The notes under the pieces: model-generated
Told to the model about the DNA's origin: nothing
The model's database searches: none
The model's input: only the letters and a program-made list of their open reading frames with translations
Shown: piece by piece, positions 1 through 9,360 of the stretch
How the letters are laid out: the number at the start of each line of letters is the position of its first letter
How positions within the stretch are numbered: the first letter of the stretch is position 1
Program-made: the position numbers and the translations under genes
Assembly: GCA_021735405.1 (NCBI GenBank)
Contig: JAIPHC010000001.1
Span: 1 to 41,573, forward strand
DNA from: Candidatus Omnitrophota bacterium
Lineage (GTDB): Bacteria; Omnitrophota; Gorgyraeia; Duberdicusellales; 4484-171
Direction of reading: 5' to 3'
DNA: 41,573 nt

Positions 1-1129
1 CTTTTTTTACTTTTTCCAGCAAAGACCTCTTTTTTTCATATTCTTTTTCTAAAGGCCTAAAAAAGCCATATTTTATGCAGCCAAAAGCCGAAGACCTGCA
101 TTTATAAAAAGGAACTTCGACCTTGTAAGCCAGCATTTTTTTAATATAGTTGTAAAAGCCGTCTTTTACAGTTAAAGGCCCGAGAAAAGAAAAAACAGCC
201 TCATTCTTTTGAAAATCCGGAATAATTTGCAATGTTTCATCTATAATTCGTTTTAAATTACCGGAAAAAACCATTTTTAAGAAATTAGCCAAAGCTTGAG
301 TACTTAAATTTAGATAACTATCTTCTTTTTTGATAGTTATTTCTTTAAAATAAGGAATATTTTTAAAAGAACCGTAGCGCTCTAACAACTGGGCTGAAAC
401 TGCAGATGATATTGTATACTGCTTAGCTAGCTGATCAATAATAGTTTTAATACCAAAATTAAATTCTTTTTGGTAAATTTTGCCCTCCTTGCCTTTTATC
501 CCGGAATAACTGTTAAAATCGTCAATACTGATTACGATTTGATTTTCTTTAATACTGCTAAAGCCTTGAGAAAACATGCTTATTTTATGGGCCACGAATC
601 CCGCAATTTTTTTTTCCATATTAAAAAAAATATCCAGGATTTCTTTGTAAAAACTATCTTGTATGTAAATTAATGATGAATTTAATTCTATTTTCTTAGT
701 AAAAAGGCCCAAAGGCGCCTGGCTGTATTTTATGCCTTCTACCCGGTAATCTAAAACAATATTGTGCAAGCAATGCTGGTCCCATTCAAGAAATTTGTCT
801 TCCAGGTATTTTTTGGCCGCATTAATGACCGCCGGAGTTAACCTCTTTTTTTTAGGAAAAACTATTTTTTCCCTAGCTTCTATTTCCTTGCCCAAACCAG
901 CAGGCAATTCTATAAATATATCATTAAAAAAAAGAGAATGATTATTTTCAAATTCCGCTATCGATTGCTCTATTTTTTCAGAATAAAACCGCAGTTTTTC
1001 GATAAAATTTTTCTCATCCGGCAACACCAGCCCTTTTTCTTCTAAAAATTGTAAATTACCTTTTTTAAGCTTGGCGCACGAAAGAAAAACTTTATTTTTT
1101 TTAAAAGCGATCCCGCAAAAAGTTTTCAT
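1..1129 (-). CDS. ftsA: FtsA-like actin-fold cell-division protein; C-terminus runs off the window. Absent from the ORF track because no stop is reached.
   Basis: My own translation from ATG 1129-1127 (MKTFCGIAFKKNKVFLSCAKLKKGNLQFLEEKG ... FNFGIKTIIDQLAKQYTISSAVSAQLLERYGSF ...) stays open to the window edge. It starts 2 nt after the ftsQ stop, the position FtsA normally occupies in a dcw cluster. The FNFG..I..LA....A..L.E.YG segment is FtsA-like. Confidence 0.6.
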   Translation of the reverse strand, partial: MKTFCGIAFKKNKVFLSCAKLKKGNLQFLEEKGLVLPDEKNFIEKLRFYSEKIEQSIAEFENNHSLFFNDIFIELPAGLGKEIEAREKIVFPKKKRLTPAVINAAKKYLEDKFLEWDQHCLHNIVLDYRVEGIKYSQAPLGLFTKKIELNSSLIYIQDSFYKEILDIFFNMEKKIAGFVAHKISMFSQGFSSIKENQIVISIDDFNSYSGIKGKEGKIYQKEFNFGIKTIIDQLAKQYTISSAVSAQLLERYGSFKNIPYFKEITIKKEDSYLNLSTQALANFLKMVFSGNLKRIIDETLQIIPDFQKNEAVFSFLGPLTVKDGFYNYIKKMLAYKVEVPFYKCRSSAFGCIKYGFFRPLEKEYEKKRSLLEKVKK

Positions 1130-1131
1130 AA

Positions 1132-1953
1132 TTATCTTTTAAAACCCACTGCTACTTTTTGAAAACGAAAATCTATATACCTAATCAATGACATTTTATC
1201 GCCCAGCTTCTGATCTATAAGTTTGCTCAAAATATCGATTTTCTCCTCTAATTCCTGCCGATTTAATATAATCTTAATCCGGCTTTGATAGTATTTTTGA
1301 TTGGTTAGATAAAAATATATTGTTTTAGAAGAAGAAATGTTAATATCGCTTAATTCAAATTCATGTTCCCGATTAAGAGAATTAATTGTATCCAGCAAAC
1401 CTTTATCTTCAATAATTTTTATCAATCTAAAAGCAGCCGCTAAATTTTGATTATAAATATTTTCTCCCTTAGTTAAATACCGGTCAGAAACCGCGTTGGT
1501 TATTATAGGAAAACCCTTCAGGTGGTTTTCGCTGCCCTGATTGACCACAACACCGTCTTGATCAACTAAATAAAATTTTTTCTGCCTCATCTGAGCAACC
1601 GCTTTTCTTTTATCGGCCTGAATTTCTATATTGTTAGGAAATTTTTTGAAAATTCTAATATTTTTATATCCGGGATACTGTTTTTCTAGATACAGCCGTA
1701 ATTCGCCTAAGTCGAGATTAAAAATTAATTTACCTTTTATTTTTTTTGTTATACTATCTTTTAGTTTTAGGTTAGATTCCAAGCTTCGGGCATCAATTTT
1801 AAAAAAATCCGCCCGATAGATTTTATAACAAATACCCCCAAAAGATAATAAAAAAAATAAACTTAAAAAAACCCAAATAAAAAATTTAGCGGTAAATATT
1901 TTAGGAATATGCTTCTTTTTTTTCTTTTTTCTACCCATGATAAATCTCACCAC
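1132..1953 (-). CDS. ftsQ: Cell division protein FtsQ/DivIB (N-terminal TM plus POTRA)
   Basis: K-rich N-terminus followed by a TM segment (FFIWVFLSLFFLLSFGGICY), then a POTRA-like region. It sits between ddl and ftsA. The longest ORF starts at GTG 1953; ATG at 1938 (MGRKKKK) is an alternative start. Confidence 0.8.
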   Translation of the reverse strand: MVRFIMGRKKKKKKHIPKIFTAKFFIWVFLSLFFLLSFGGICYKIYRADFFKIDARSLESNLKLKDSITKKIKGKLIFNLDLGELRLYLEKQYPGYKNIRIFKKFPNNIEIQADKRKAVAQMRQKKFYLVDQDGVVVNQGSENHLKGFPIITNAVSDRYLTKGENIYNQNLAAAFRLIKIIEDKGLLDTINSLNREHEFELSDINISSSKTIYFYLTNQKYYQSRIKIILNRQELEEKIDILSKLIDQKLGDKMSLIRYIDFRFQKVAVGFKR

Positions 1954-2881
1954 AATTAGGCGCCTCTGCCCTCAGCAATGCGTTTTGTAAAAGAAGATGA
2001 ATTAACTGACTGAAATCTATTCCGGAAGCTGAAGCTGAAAGCGGCAATAAACTATTAATTGTCAAACCGGGTATCGAATTAACCTCAAGGACATAAGGTA
2101 TGCCATTTTTTATTTTTAAATCAACTCTTGAAAAATCGCGGCAGCCTAAAGCTTTATGAGCAGTTAAAGCTGTTTTCTTAACCCGTTCCGACAGCCCTTC
2201 TTCAAGCTTAGCCGGCACAACAAACTTAGAATTGCCCTTTATATACTTGTTTTGAAAATCAAAATAATCTCCCTTAGGAATAATCTCAACTATCGCCAAT
2301 GGTTTCTCTCCCAAAATTCCAACAGTTAACTCTCTGCCTTGAACATAATCTTCTATAATAACCGTTTTGCTAAACTTTAAAGCCTGTTTAACAGCTCTTT
2401 TGATTTCTTCTTTATCGGATACGATTGAAACCCCAAAACTTGAGCCGGAAAAACGAGGCTTAACTACAACCGGATAATTCATATCCGGGCAATTATAGCC
2501 GTTATCAGAAAACAAACGGTAAAACGGAGTAATAATCCCGGCTTGTTTAAATCTTTCTTTAGCTGCTACTTTATCCATTGCCAAAACACTTGCCTCAGGG
2601 CCCGAGCCAGTATAAGCTATCGGGATTTCCTCTAAAATAGCCTGGATCTTTCCGTCTTCCCCGAAAGACCCATGCAAAGCGATAAAAGCTATATCGATTT
2701 CTGCTGCCTTAACTAAGCTTTTTACTTCTTGTTTATCTGAACTTTCTATTTTAATAAACTTTGTTTTAATATTTTTTGCCAATAAAGATTGAAAAACCTG
2801 TTCTCCGGAGAGCAAAGAGATGTCTCTTTCTTCCGAAACACCTCCAGCCAAAACTCCTACTTTTATATTTTTCAACTCCAT
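1931..2881 (-). CDS. ddl: D-alanine--D-alanine ligase
   Basis: Motifs GVLAGGVSEERDISLLSG, ALHGSFGEDGKIQ, VVKPRFSGSSFGVSIV and LEVNSIPGLT; dcw context. Confidence 0.93.
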   Translation of the reverse strand: MELKNIKVGVLAGGVSEERDISLLSGEQVFQSLLAKNIKTKFIKIESSDKQEVKSLVKAAEIDIAFIALHGSFGEDGKIQAILEEIPIAYTGSGPEASVLAMDKVAAKERFKQAGIITPFYRLFSDNGYNCPDMNYPVVVKPRFSGSSFGVSIVSDKEEIKRAVKQALKFSKTVIIEDYVQGRELTVGILGEKPLAIVEIIPKGDYFDFQNKYIKGNSKFVVPAKLEEGLSERVKKTALTAHKALGCRDFSRVDLKIKNGIPYVLEVNSIPGLTINSLLPLSASASGIDFSQLIHLLLQNALLRAEAPNCGEIYHG

Positions 2882-3732
2882 CTTTGAATCTCTTCTTCTA
2901 AAACAATCCCTTTTTTGCGGTATACAATATCTTTGGTATTTTGGATTAGATAATCAGCGTCCTGAAAAGAACCTTTTCCTAAATTTACGATAAAATTGGC
3001 GTGCTTGTCAGAAATTTTTAGGCCCCCCCGGCGTTTTCCTTTTAAGCCAACCTGCTCAATCAAATTTCCAGCTGCTGCTTGGGAAGGATTTTTAAAAACC
3101 GACCCGCAGCTGGGTAAAGAAAAATCCTGTAAAGCAATCCTCTTTTGAATTATATTTTTAATCTTCTCCTTGCTTTTACTTTTATTTCCGGGAAAACTAA
3201 AGCTCGCCCCAACTACTATTCTACCAGAAAGGCTAGAATACCTGTAACCATAGTTAATCTCATCTTTTTTTATTTTATACAGTTTTCCTTTAAAATCCAT
3301 AACTTCTACTTCTTTGAGATAATCAAAAATATTAGCTTGAAAAGACGAAGCCCCGCAGACAAGCATACCGCCGATGCTTGCAGGAATACCTGCCAGATTT
3401 TCCAAGCCGCCTAAACCCTCTTTAAGAGAGTATTTTATCAAAAAAGACAACAAAATTGAAGAACCAACTTCTAAGACATTGCCTTTTTTCCGCACCTGCC
3501 CAAACTTACCAACTAATTTTATAACCGGTTTTTTTATCAACCCGTCTTTAATCAATAAATTTGAGCCATTGCCTAAGATATAAGGCCGGGGTCCTGTTTC
3601 TTTTAGCAGCTTTGATAAATCAGAAACAGTACCAACCAGAAAGAAATAGTTTGCCTTTCCCCCTATTCCTAAGGTGGTCAATAAATCTAAATCAACATTT
3701 TTCTTTATTTTTATTCTCTCTGAAACCATCAA
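2872..3732 (-). CDS. murB: UDP-N-acetylenolpyruvoylglucosamine reductase
   Basis: Motifs TLGIGGKANYFF, ILGNGSNLLI and PSCGSVFKNP; dcw context. Confidence 0.92.
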   Translation of the reverse strand: MMVSERIKIKKNVDLDLLTTLGIGGKANYFFLVGTVSDLSKLLKETGPRPYILGNGSNLLIKDGLIKKPVIKLVGKFGQVRKKGNVLEVGSSILLSFLIKYSLKEGLGGLENLAGIPASIGGMLVCGASSFQANIFDYLKEVEVMDFKGKLYKIKKDEINYGYRYSSLSGRIVVGASFSFPGNKSKSKEKIKNIIQKRIALQDFSLPSCGSVFKNPSQAAAGNLIEQVGLKGKRRGGLKISDKHANFIVNLGKGSFQDADYLIQNTKDIVYRKKGIVLEEEIQRWS

Positions 3733-5110
3733 TAATTTCTTCCAGCCTCTTATTTATGTCCCCTGCCCCCAGGCAAACAACCACATCTTCTTTTTGAATC
3801 ATTTCCGGAATTTTTGATTTTAATTCTTCCTTGTTTATATAAATAACTGATTTAGCCCCCTGGTTGCGTATCGCTTTAACTAATTTTAGGCTGTTTATAC
3901 CTTCTGAATAAGATTCGCCGGCTCGATAGATATCGGTTACCACCACCAAATCCGCCTGATTAAAAGACAGGGAAAATTGATCAAATAAAGATTTTACTCT
4001 TGAAGGCCTATGCGGCTGAAAAATAGCAAACAAACGTTTGCCGGAAAGCCTCCTGGCTGTTTCCAGAGTGGCTCTAATTTCAGTTGGATGATGGGCGTAA
4101 TCATCGATAAAGGTTAAACCGAAAATTTCTTTTTTTATTTGAAAACGCCTTTTGGTGCCTCTAAAATCTACTAAATAATTTTTTATTTTTTCTAAATCCT
4201 CCCCTAAATAATCAAAAACAGCAAAAACCGCCAACAGATTATAACAATTATGCTTACCTAAAAGAGGGCTTTTTACTTTAAATAATAATTTGTCCTCTTT
4301 ATATAAATCAAAATAGGTAAATGCCTTTAAATCTTTGTCTTTTGCTGAACCGGCTTTTTGATGCATATCTATATTTTTTGCCTTCAGGTAACAATTATTA
4401 CCCAATCCAAAAGATACCCCTCCTAATTTATTTACTATTTTTCGAACCTGATTATCATCGCTATTTCCAAAAACTTTTCTTTCAGTTTTTTCTGCAAAAT
4501 CCTGAAAAGATTTTTTTAAATTTTTAAAACTTTTATAATAGCCCAGATGTTCTTTATCGATATTGGTAATAAGAGAAAAATAGGGGCGGTAATAAAGAAA
4601 CGTTCCGTCACTTTCGTCTGTCTCCACAATTGAAAAACCTTCTCCCTCAAAAGCAGGCAAAGAACCGTCTACGGGAACCCCTCCGATAAAAACAGTGGGG
4701 TTATAACCTGCCTTTTTAAAAAGATAGCTTAATAAAGAAACTACCGTGGTCTTGCCATGGCTTCCGGCAACCGCAATCATTTTTGTATTTTTACATAAAT
4801 AAGCCAAAAGCTCCCCTCTTTTTATTATCCGTATTTTTCTTCTTTCTGCTTCTTTTAATTCGCTGTTATCTAAACCAATTGCGGAAGAATAACAAAGTAA
4901 ATCTATACTCTCATCAATATTGGCCCTTTTATGGCCCAAATAAACCTTAATACCTCTTTTTTCTAACATTGCGGTTTTAGAGGTTTTTTTAATATCAGAG
5001 CCTTGAACCAAAAAACCTTTATCTTGGAGCAAAAAAGCTAATCCGCTCATTCCGGCGCCGCCGACACCAATTAAATGAACTTTATTTACTTTAGGTAAAA
5101 TTCTTTCCAT
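3692..5110 (-). CDS. murC: UDP-N-acetylmuramate--L-alanine ligase
   Basis: Motifs HLIGVGGAGMSGLA, AVAGSHGKTT and DDYAHHPTEI. Confidence 0.93.
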   Translation of the reverse strand: MERILPKVNKVHLIGVGGAGMSGLAFLLQDKGFLVQGSDIKKTSKTAMLEKRGIKVYLGHKRANIDESIDLLCYSSAIGLDNSELKEAERRKIRIIKRGELLAYLCKNTKMIAVAGSHGKTTVVSLLSYLFKKAGYNPTVFIGGVPVDGSLPAFEGEGFSIVETDESDGTFLYYRPYFSLITNIDKEHLGYYKSFKNLKKSFQDFAEKTERKVFGNSDDNQVRKIVNKLGGVSFGLGNNCYLKAKNIDMHQKAGSAKDKDLKAFTYFDLYKEDKLLFKVKSPLLGKHNCYNLLAVFAVFDYLGEDLEKIKNYLVDFRGTKRRFQIKKEIFGLTFIDDYAHHPTEIRATLETARRLSGKRLFAIFQPHRPSRVKSLFDQFSLSFNQADLVVVTDIYRAGESYSEGINSLKLVKAIRNQGAKSVIYINKEELKSKIPEMIQKEDVVVCLGAGDINKRLEEIIDGFRENKNKEKC

Positions 5111-5901
5111 TTTTCCTCAAAATTACTCAAATTGTTAAGATGGTAATAAGTTTTGGAAAGGGCTTTTTCCACATCGGATTCATTTTTTAAATTCCATAAA
5201 AATTGGGAAAAACGATGCTTATGATACCTCTTAACGATAAAATTTATCATAGAAAAAGATTGTAAGTAAAAAATATTCACCTCGGAGACAGTTTTATCTT
5301 TTAAATCAAACGTTTTTAAATTCATTATCTTTTCAAAGGGTATAAAATTATTATTTTTTACCCTTTCCTGAATTTGATATAAAAAATCATGGTACTCGGA
5401 TCCGGCAAAATTTGCCTCTATATACAAAGCCATTCCTTCATCAAGCCAAAGAGGCAAACTTCCTCTCTCTATGTATTCACGAAAAATAATATGAGTAAGT
5501 TCGTGAGCTAAAATTGCTATAAAATCTTTTTGGCTGGGATAAGTGTAAATAGTTTTTGTTTGATAGTCTACACAGGCAGCCGACCAGTCCGGACAATAAA
5601 AATTTCTAAGATATTCCTCCTTATCTTTGGCTATAAAAATTTTAGCCCGGTTATCCCAAAGCCAAAGCTTATCCCTGACTAAATGGAATTCTTGAGTAAT
5701 TTTTTTATAAAAATGCTCACTTTTTTCCTTAATCTTTCGCGCATAGGCCCTGTCTACCCCTTCTTGATAATTTATGATAAAATGGCTGCTTCGGAGCTGG
5801 TAAAAACTTTCATCGCCTTGGCGAAGATTTTGAGATTTTGCCAAAAACGACTGGGGTAAAAAAAATAAATTAAATAATACTATTAAAAGAAAAATCTTCA
5901 T
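5086..5901 (-). CDS. Secreted zinc-metallopeptidase-like protein (HExxH, peptidase MA-like fold), function unknown
   Basis: Signal-peptide-like N-terminus MKIFLLIVLFNLFFLPQSFLA. HELTHIIF is followed by LPLWLDEGMALYIE, the pattern of MA-clan peptidase-like domains. It overlaps murG by 32 nt and murC by 25 nt. Confidence 0.6.
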   Translation of the reverse strand: MKIFLLIVLFNLFFLPQSFLAKSQNLRQGDESFYQLRSSHFIINYQEGVDRAYARKIKEKSEHFYKKITQEFHLVRDKLWLWDNRAKIFIAKDKEEYLRNFYCPDWSAACVDYQTKTIYTYPSQKDFIAILAHELTHIIFREYIERGSLPLWLDEGMALYIEANFAGSEYHDFLYQIQERVKNNNFIPFEKIMNLKTFDLKDKTVSEVNIFYLQSFSMINFIVKRYHKHRFSQFLWNLKNESDVEKALSKTYYHLNNLSNFEEKWKEFYLK

Positions 5902-6904
5902 AACTTACTCCAATTTTTATTTTTTTAAGATTATTTTTTATTTCCTCCCGGGTGCTATTGTCCCAGATTATCTTGTTTAGGCAAATCTCAAATTTTTCGA
6001 AATTAAAATCATCTTGGTTGAAAACAAATGCCGCTTTATTATTTCCTAAATACCTTGCATTTATTCTTTGATGCCCGAAAGCCCCTGGGTGGGGAATTAA
6101 AATTGCCGGAATATTATAAAAAGAAATTTCCGCTAAAGTCAACGCTCCGGCTCTGGATACGATACCATCTGCAATATTGTAAAAAGTGGACATATCCGGA
6201 CAAAAATCTTTGATAATCTTATTATTATCTACCAGTTTATAAGAATTAGCTAAATGGGAGTAATTATTTTTTCCAGTAATATGGACTATCTGATATAAAT
6301 TATCTTTATTCCTTTTTACAAAATTAAAAAAATTGCTATTTATAAAAGCAGACCCCTGGCTGCCTCCAAAACATAAAACAACCGGCCTTTGATCAAAGTT
6401 TAAGCCTTTTTTTAACTTTTCTTTGGATTTTTTCACTATATTTTTACCTAAAGGAATTCCAATTACCTTATAATTTTTTGCTTTATCCAAAGAGCAAATA
6501 CCTCTTAATATATCCTTTACAAAACAAGAAAGAAGCCTGTTGGCTCTGCCCATTTTAAGATTGGGTTCATAAATAGAGGTTTTCCTGCCAAAAATAAAAC
6601 TAAATAAAACTAAAAAAAAGCTGCTTCTACCTCCAAACCCGATAACCCGGCCGGGCCGGATTTTTATAATAAGATAAACAGCTTCAAAACAGCGCCAAAT
6701 TGATTCATTTAAAAAATTACGAAATTTATAGGTTGAGCCAAATGCAGAATAACCTTTACTTTGAATATAAGCTTTAAAAAACCGCGAATTATTAAAAAAA
6801 ATAACACTATCTTTTCTTGAACGCTTATCTCTTATTTTTTCAGCAATAGCCAAAGCTGGATAAACATGCCCGGCGCTTTTTTCAGATACCAATAATATTT
6901 TCAT
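5870..6904 (-). CDS. murG: Lipid II-forming UDP-GlcNAc transferase MurG
   Basis: Motifs SAGHVYPALAIAEKI, FGGSQGS and RAGALTLAEI; sits between ftsW and murC. Confidence 0.88.
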   Translation of the reverse strand: MKILLVSEKSAGHVYPALAIAEKIRDKRSRKDSVIFFNNSRFFKAYIQSKGYSAFGSTYKFRNFLNESIWRCFEAVYLIIKIRPGRVIGFGGRSSFFLVLFSFIFGRKTSIYEPNLKMGRANRLLSCFVKDILRGICSLDKAKNYKVIGIPLGKNIVKKSKEKLKKGLNFDQRPVVLCFGGSQGSAFINSNFFNFVKRNKDNLYQIVHITGKNNYSHLANSYKLVDNNKIIKDFCPDMSTFYNIADGIVSRAGALTLAEISFYNIPAILIPHPGAFGHQRINARYLGNNKAAFVFNQDDFNFEKFEICLNKIIWDNSTREEIKNNLKKIKIGVSYEDFSFNSII

Positions 6905-6915
6905 TTTTGTTGAAG

Positions 6916-8094
6916 TTAAATATAACTAGATCGAGCAGCCTTTTTAGATGCATTAAAAAACAACCCCAAAAGCAAATAATGAACCACCAAATTAGTCCCG
7001 CCATAACTAACCAAAGGAAGCGGCATACCTTTAGTCGGCAACAAGCCGCAAGTAACCCCTATATTAATAAATACTTCAAGAAAAAAGATAAGAGCGCTTC
7101 CAAAAATTATTCCTTTTCTAAACTTGTCATCGATAACTTGAGAGATTTTAAACATTTTATGGATTATTATAAAAAACATAAACAAAATTCCCAGAGTTGC
7201 AGCAAGCCCCAGTTCCTCGGCAATAATCGAAAATATAAAATCTGTGTGGGCGGCGGGCAAAAAAAACAATTTTTGGCTCCCTTGGCCTAATCCCACCCCG
7301 AATAATCCTCCCCGGCCATAAGCTAACTGAGATTGAATTATTTGAAACCCCGCGCCTTGAGCATCGGCAAAAGGGTTAAAATAAGCAGCAATCCTTCTCA
7401 TCCGATAAGGGTATAGGCCTATCAGAAAAAAGAAACTTATCAAACAGCCAAATATAATTACCGCTAAATGTTTTATTTTTGCTCCGGAAAAATAGACAAA
7501 AAGCAAAAACCAGCCAATCCAAAAAACCGCGCTTCCTAAATCAGGCTGAATTAATAAAAGTAAACAAATCAAGACTAGAATTATCCCCAGGGGAAGAAAA
7601 CCATAGTAAAGATTTTTTAGGAATATTTTTTTTCTACTGCAATAATCAGCGCAATATATAAGAAAGAATATTTTTAATAATTCTGACGGCTGAAAGCTAA
7701 AACCGCCCAACTCAATCCATCTCCTCGCTCCTCCAGATTTTTGGCCGAAAAAAGGAAGTATGGCTAAAACCACAAGTAAGGCAAAAAGAGCCTTTTTGCT
7801 TTGCTGTCTTACAAAATCTAAATCTACAAAAAGAGACCCATAAAACAAAAAAAGGGCAATGATAAAAAACAAAATCTGCTTTTTGAAAAAATAGGCCGGA
7901 TCTCCTTTGTATTTTAATGCATAAAAGCTGGATGATTCATAGACAAACAGTAAACCAATAAGAGTCAAGCTAAAAACCAAAAAAAATATAACTCTCCTTT
8001 CTTTTCGCAATGATTCCGGAGAATTAGAACCGGCGGCAAAGCCTTTGAAACCGCTGATTTTTGCTCTGAAAAAAGTTTTAAATTTACCCCGCAT
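6916..8094 (-). CDS. ftsW: SEDS-family peptidoglycan polymerase FtsW
   Basis: Polytopic membrane protein with motifs FQPSELLKI, QPDLGSA and LPLVSYGGT; dcw position. Confidence 0.9.
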   Translation of the reverse strand: MRGKFKTFFRAKISGFKGFAAGSNSPESLRKERRVIFFLVFSLTLIGLLFVYESSSFYALKYKGDPAYFFKKQILFFIIALFLFYGSLFVDLDFVRQQSKKALFALLVVLAILPFFGQKSGGARRWIELGGFSFQPSELLKIFFLIYCADYCSRKKIFLKNLYYGFLPLGIILVLICLLLLIQPDLGSAVFWIGWFLLFVYFSGAKIKHLAVIIFGCLISFFFLIGLYPYRMRRIAAYFNPFADAQGAGFQIIQSQLAYGRGGLFGVGLGQGSQKLFFLPAAHTDFIFSIIAEELGLAATLGILFMFFIIIHKMFKISQVIDDKFRKGIIFGSALIFFLEVFINIGVTCGLLPTKGMPLPLVSYGGTNLVVHYLLLGLFFNASKKAARSSYI

Positions 8095-8112
8095 AAAAAT
8101 AATAAGATTCTA

Positions 8113-9360
8113 TCAACATACTTTACCTACCAACTCAATAAATTTTTGGCCTCTTTTCTTATAGTTAGCAAACATATCAAAACTAGAACACATCGGCGAA
8201 AAAAGAACCACATCCCCGGCTGCAGCTTCCCGGGACGAAAATGACACCGCATCTTCTAATGAATCGAATTTTTGGCACTTAATTTTATTATCCAACTCAT
8301 TTTTAATTTTATCAGCTGCCTGGCCGATAAGATTTATCTTTTTTATCTTCCTCGCATAATTTTCCAGCGAAGAATACGAGAAGCCTTTATCTTTTCCGCC
8401 GGCAATCAGAATAATTGGAGACTGCATCGATTTAATTGCAAAACAAGTCGATGCAGGATTGGTGGATTTAGAATCATTTATAAATTTTATTTGATCAATT
8501 ACTTTCACCAATTGCTGCCGATGTGGTAGCTTCCGGCATTTGGAAAAAAGAGATAAACAATCTGTTTTGGTGAATCCAAAAATTTTTCCAATCCTGTAGG
8601 CGGCTGATAAATTTTCGTTAGGAAATTCATCGTTAAAATGTATTATTTTCGAATGTATCTGTGAAGAAAAAATCTTAAAAAGATTGTCTTTTTTGTTAAT
8701 AATAGCCCAATCGTCCTTTTGCTGATTCCGGAAAATTTTCATTTTTGTTTTTAGGTAATTATCGAAACTTTTATGCCGGTCTAGATGGTCAGGCTTGATA
8801 TTAAGCAAAACAGCAATGTAAGGCCTGAATTTTATAACCGCCTCCAGCTGAAATGAGCTTACTTCTAGGACTATTAAATCTCCTTTTTCGGTATTTAAAA
8901 CAAATTCGGAAAAAGGGCGCCCGATATTTCCGCCTAGATAGACATTTTTGTTTTTTTTCTTAAGTAACCGATAAGTTAAATAAGCCGTGCTCGTTTTTCC
9001 GTTTGTGCCGGTAATAGCAATAATTTTTGCTTCAGTAAAATAAGAAATAAATTCTAATTCCCCGCAATAGGCCAGGTGGTTTTTTAGCACGATTTTAAAT
9101 AGCTGTGAATTAAAAAAATCTATACCCGGACTCAAAACAATTAAATCCGCATCACCGACAAAACCTTCCGAATGACCGCCAAACTCAAAATCGGCTCCTT
9201 TTAGTTGAAAATCTTTAATCAATTGAAAAGAAAAACAGTTTCTTTCCCTTATTTCTGTTATTTTAACCTTTTTGCCTAAAGACAAAAGCATCCTTGTTAA
9301 AGCAATACCGGTTTTGCCCCATCCTGCCACACAAATTGTCTTCATATTTTTGATATCCAT
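8113..9360 (-). CDS. murD: UDP-N-acetylmuramoylalanine--D-glutamate ligase
   Basis: Motifs ITGTNGKTST and NDSKSTNP. I prefer the ATG at 9360 (MDIKNMKTICVAGWGKTG), which forms a TAATG overlap with the mraY stop. The longest ORF in the track extends to 9417. Confidence 0.9.
   Translation of the reverse strand: MDIKNMKTICVAGWGKTGIALTRMLLSLGKKVKITEIRERNCFSFQLIKDFQLKGADFEFGGHSEGFVGDADLIVLSPGIDFFNSQLFKIVLKNHLAYCGELEFISYFTEAKIIAITGTNGKTSTAYLTYRLLKKKNKNVYLGGNIGRPFSEFVLNTEKGDLIVLEVSSFQLEAVIKFRPYIAVLLNIKPDHLDRHKSFDNYLKTKMKIFRNQQKDDWAIINKKDNLFKIFSSQIHSKIIHFNDEFPNENLSAAYRIGKIFGFTKTDCLSLFSKCRKLPHRQQLVKVIDQIKFINDSKSTNPASTCFAIKSMQSPIILIAGGKDKGFSYSSLENYARKIKKINLIGQAADKIKNELDNKIKCQKFDSLEDAVSFSSREAAAGDVVLFSPMCSSFDMFANYKKRGQKFIELVGKVC

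Noticed and set aside
6907-7290. Plus-strand ORFs antisense to well-supported genes. This 127-aa ORF is one example. Others include 10069-10437, 33313-33660, 3145-3414, 8272-8529, 11221-11499, 12128-12397, 29541-29849 and 39613-39882.
   Set aside because: Each lies entirely inside a minus-strand gene that has clear family motifs. Their translations are low-complexity (K/R/F/I/L-rich, as expected from the antisense of AT-rich coding DNA). They have no SD or promoter that I can see, and many start at TTG or GTG.
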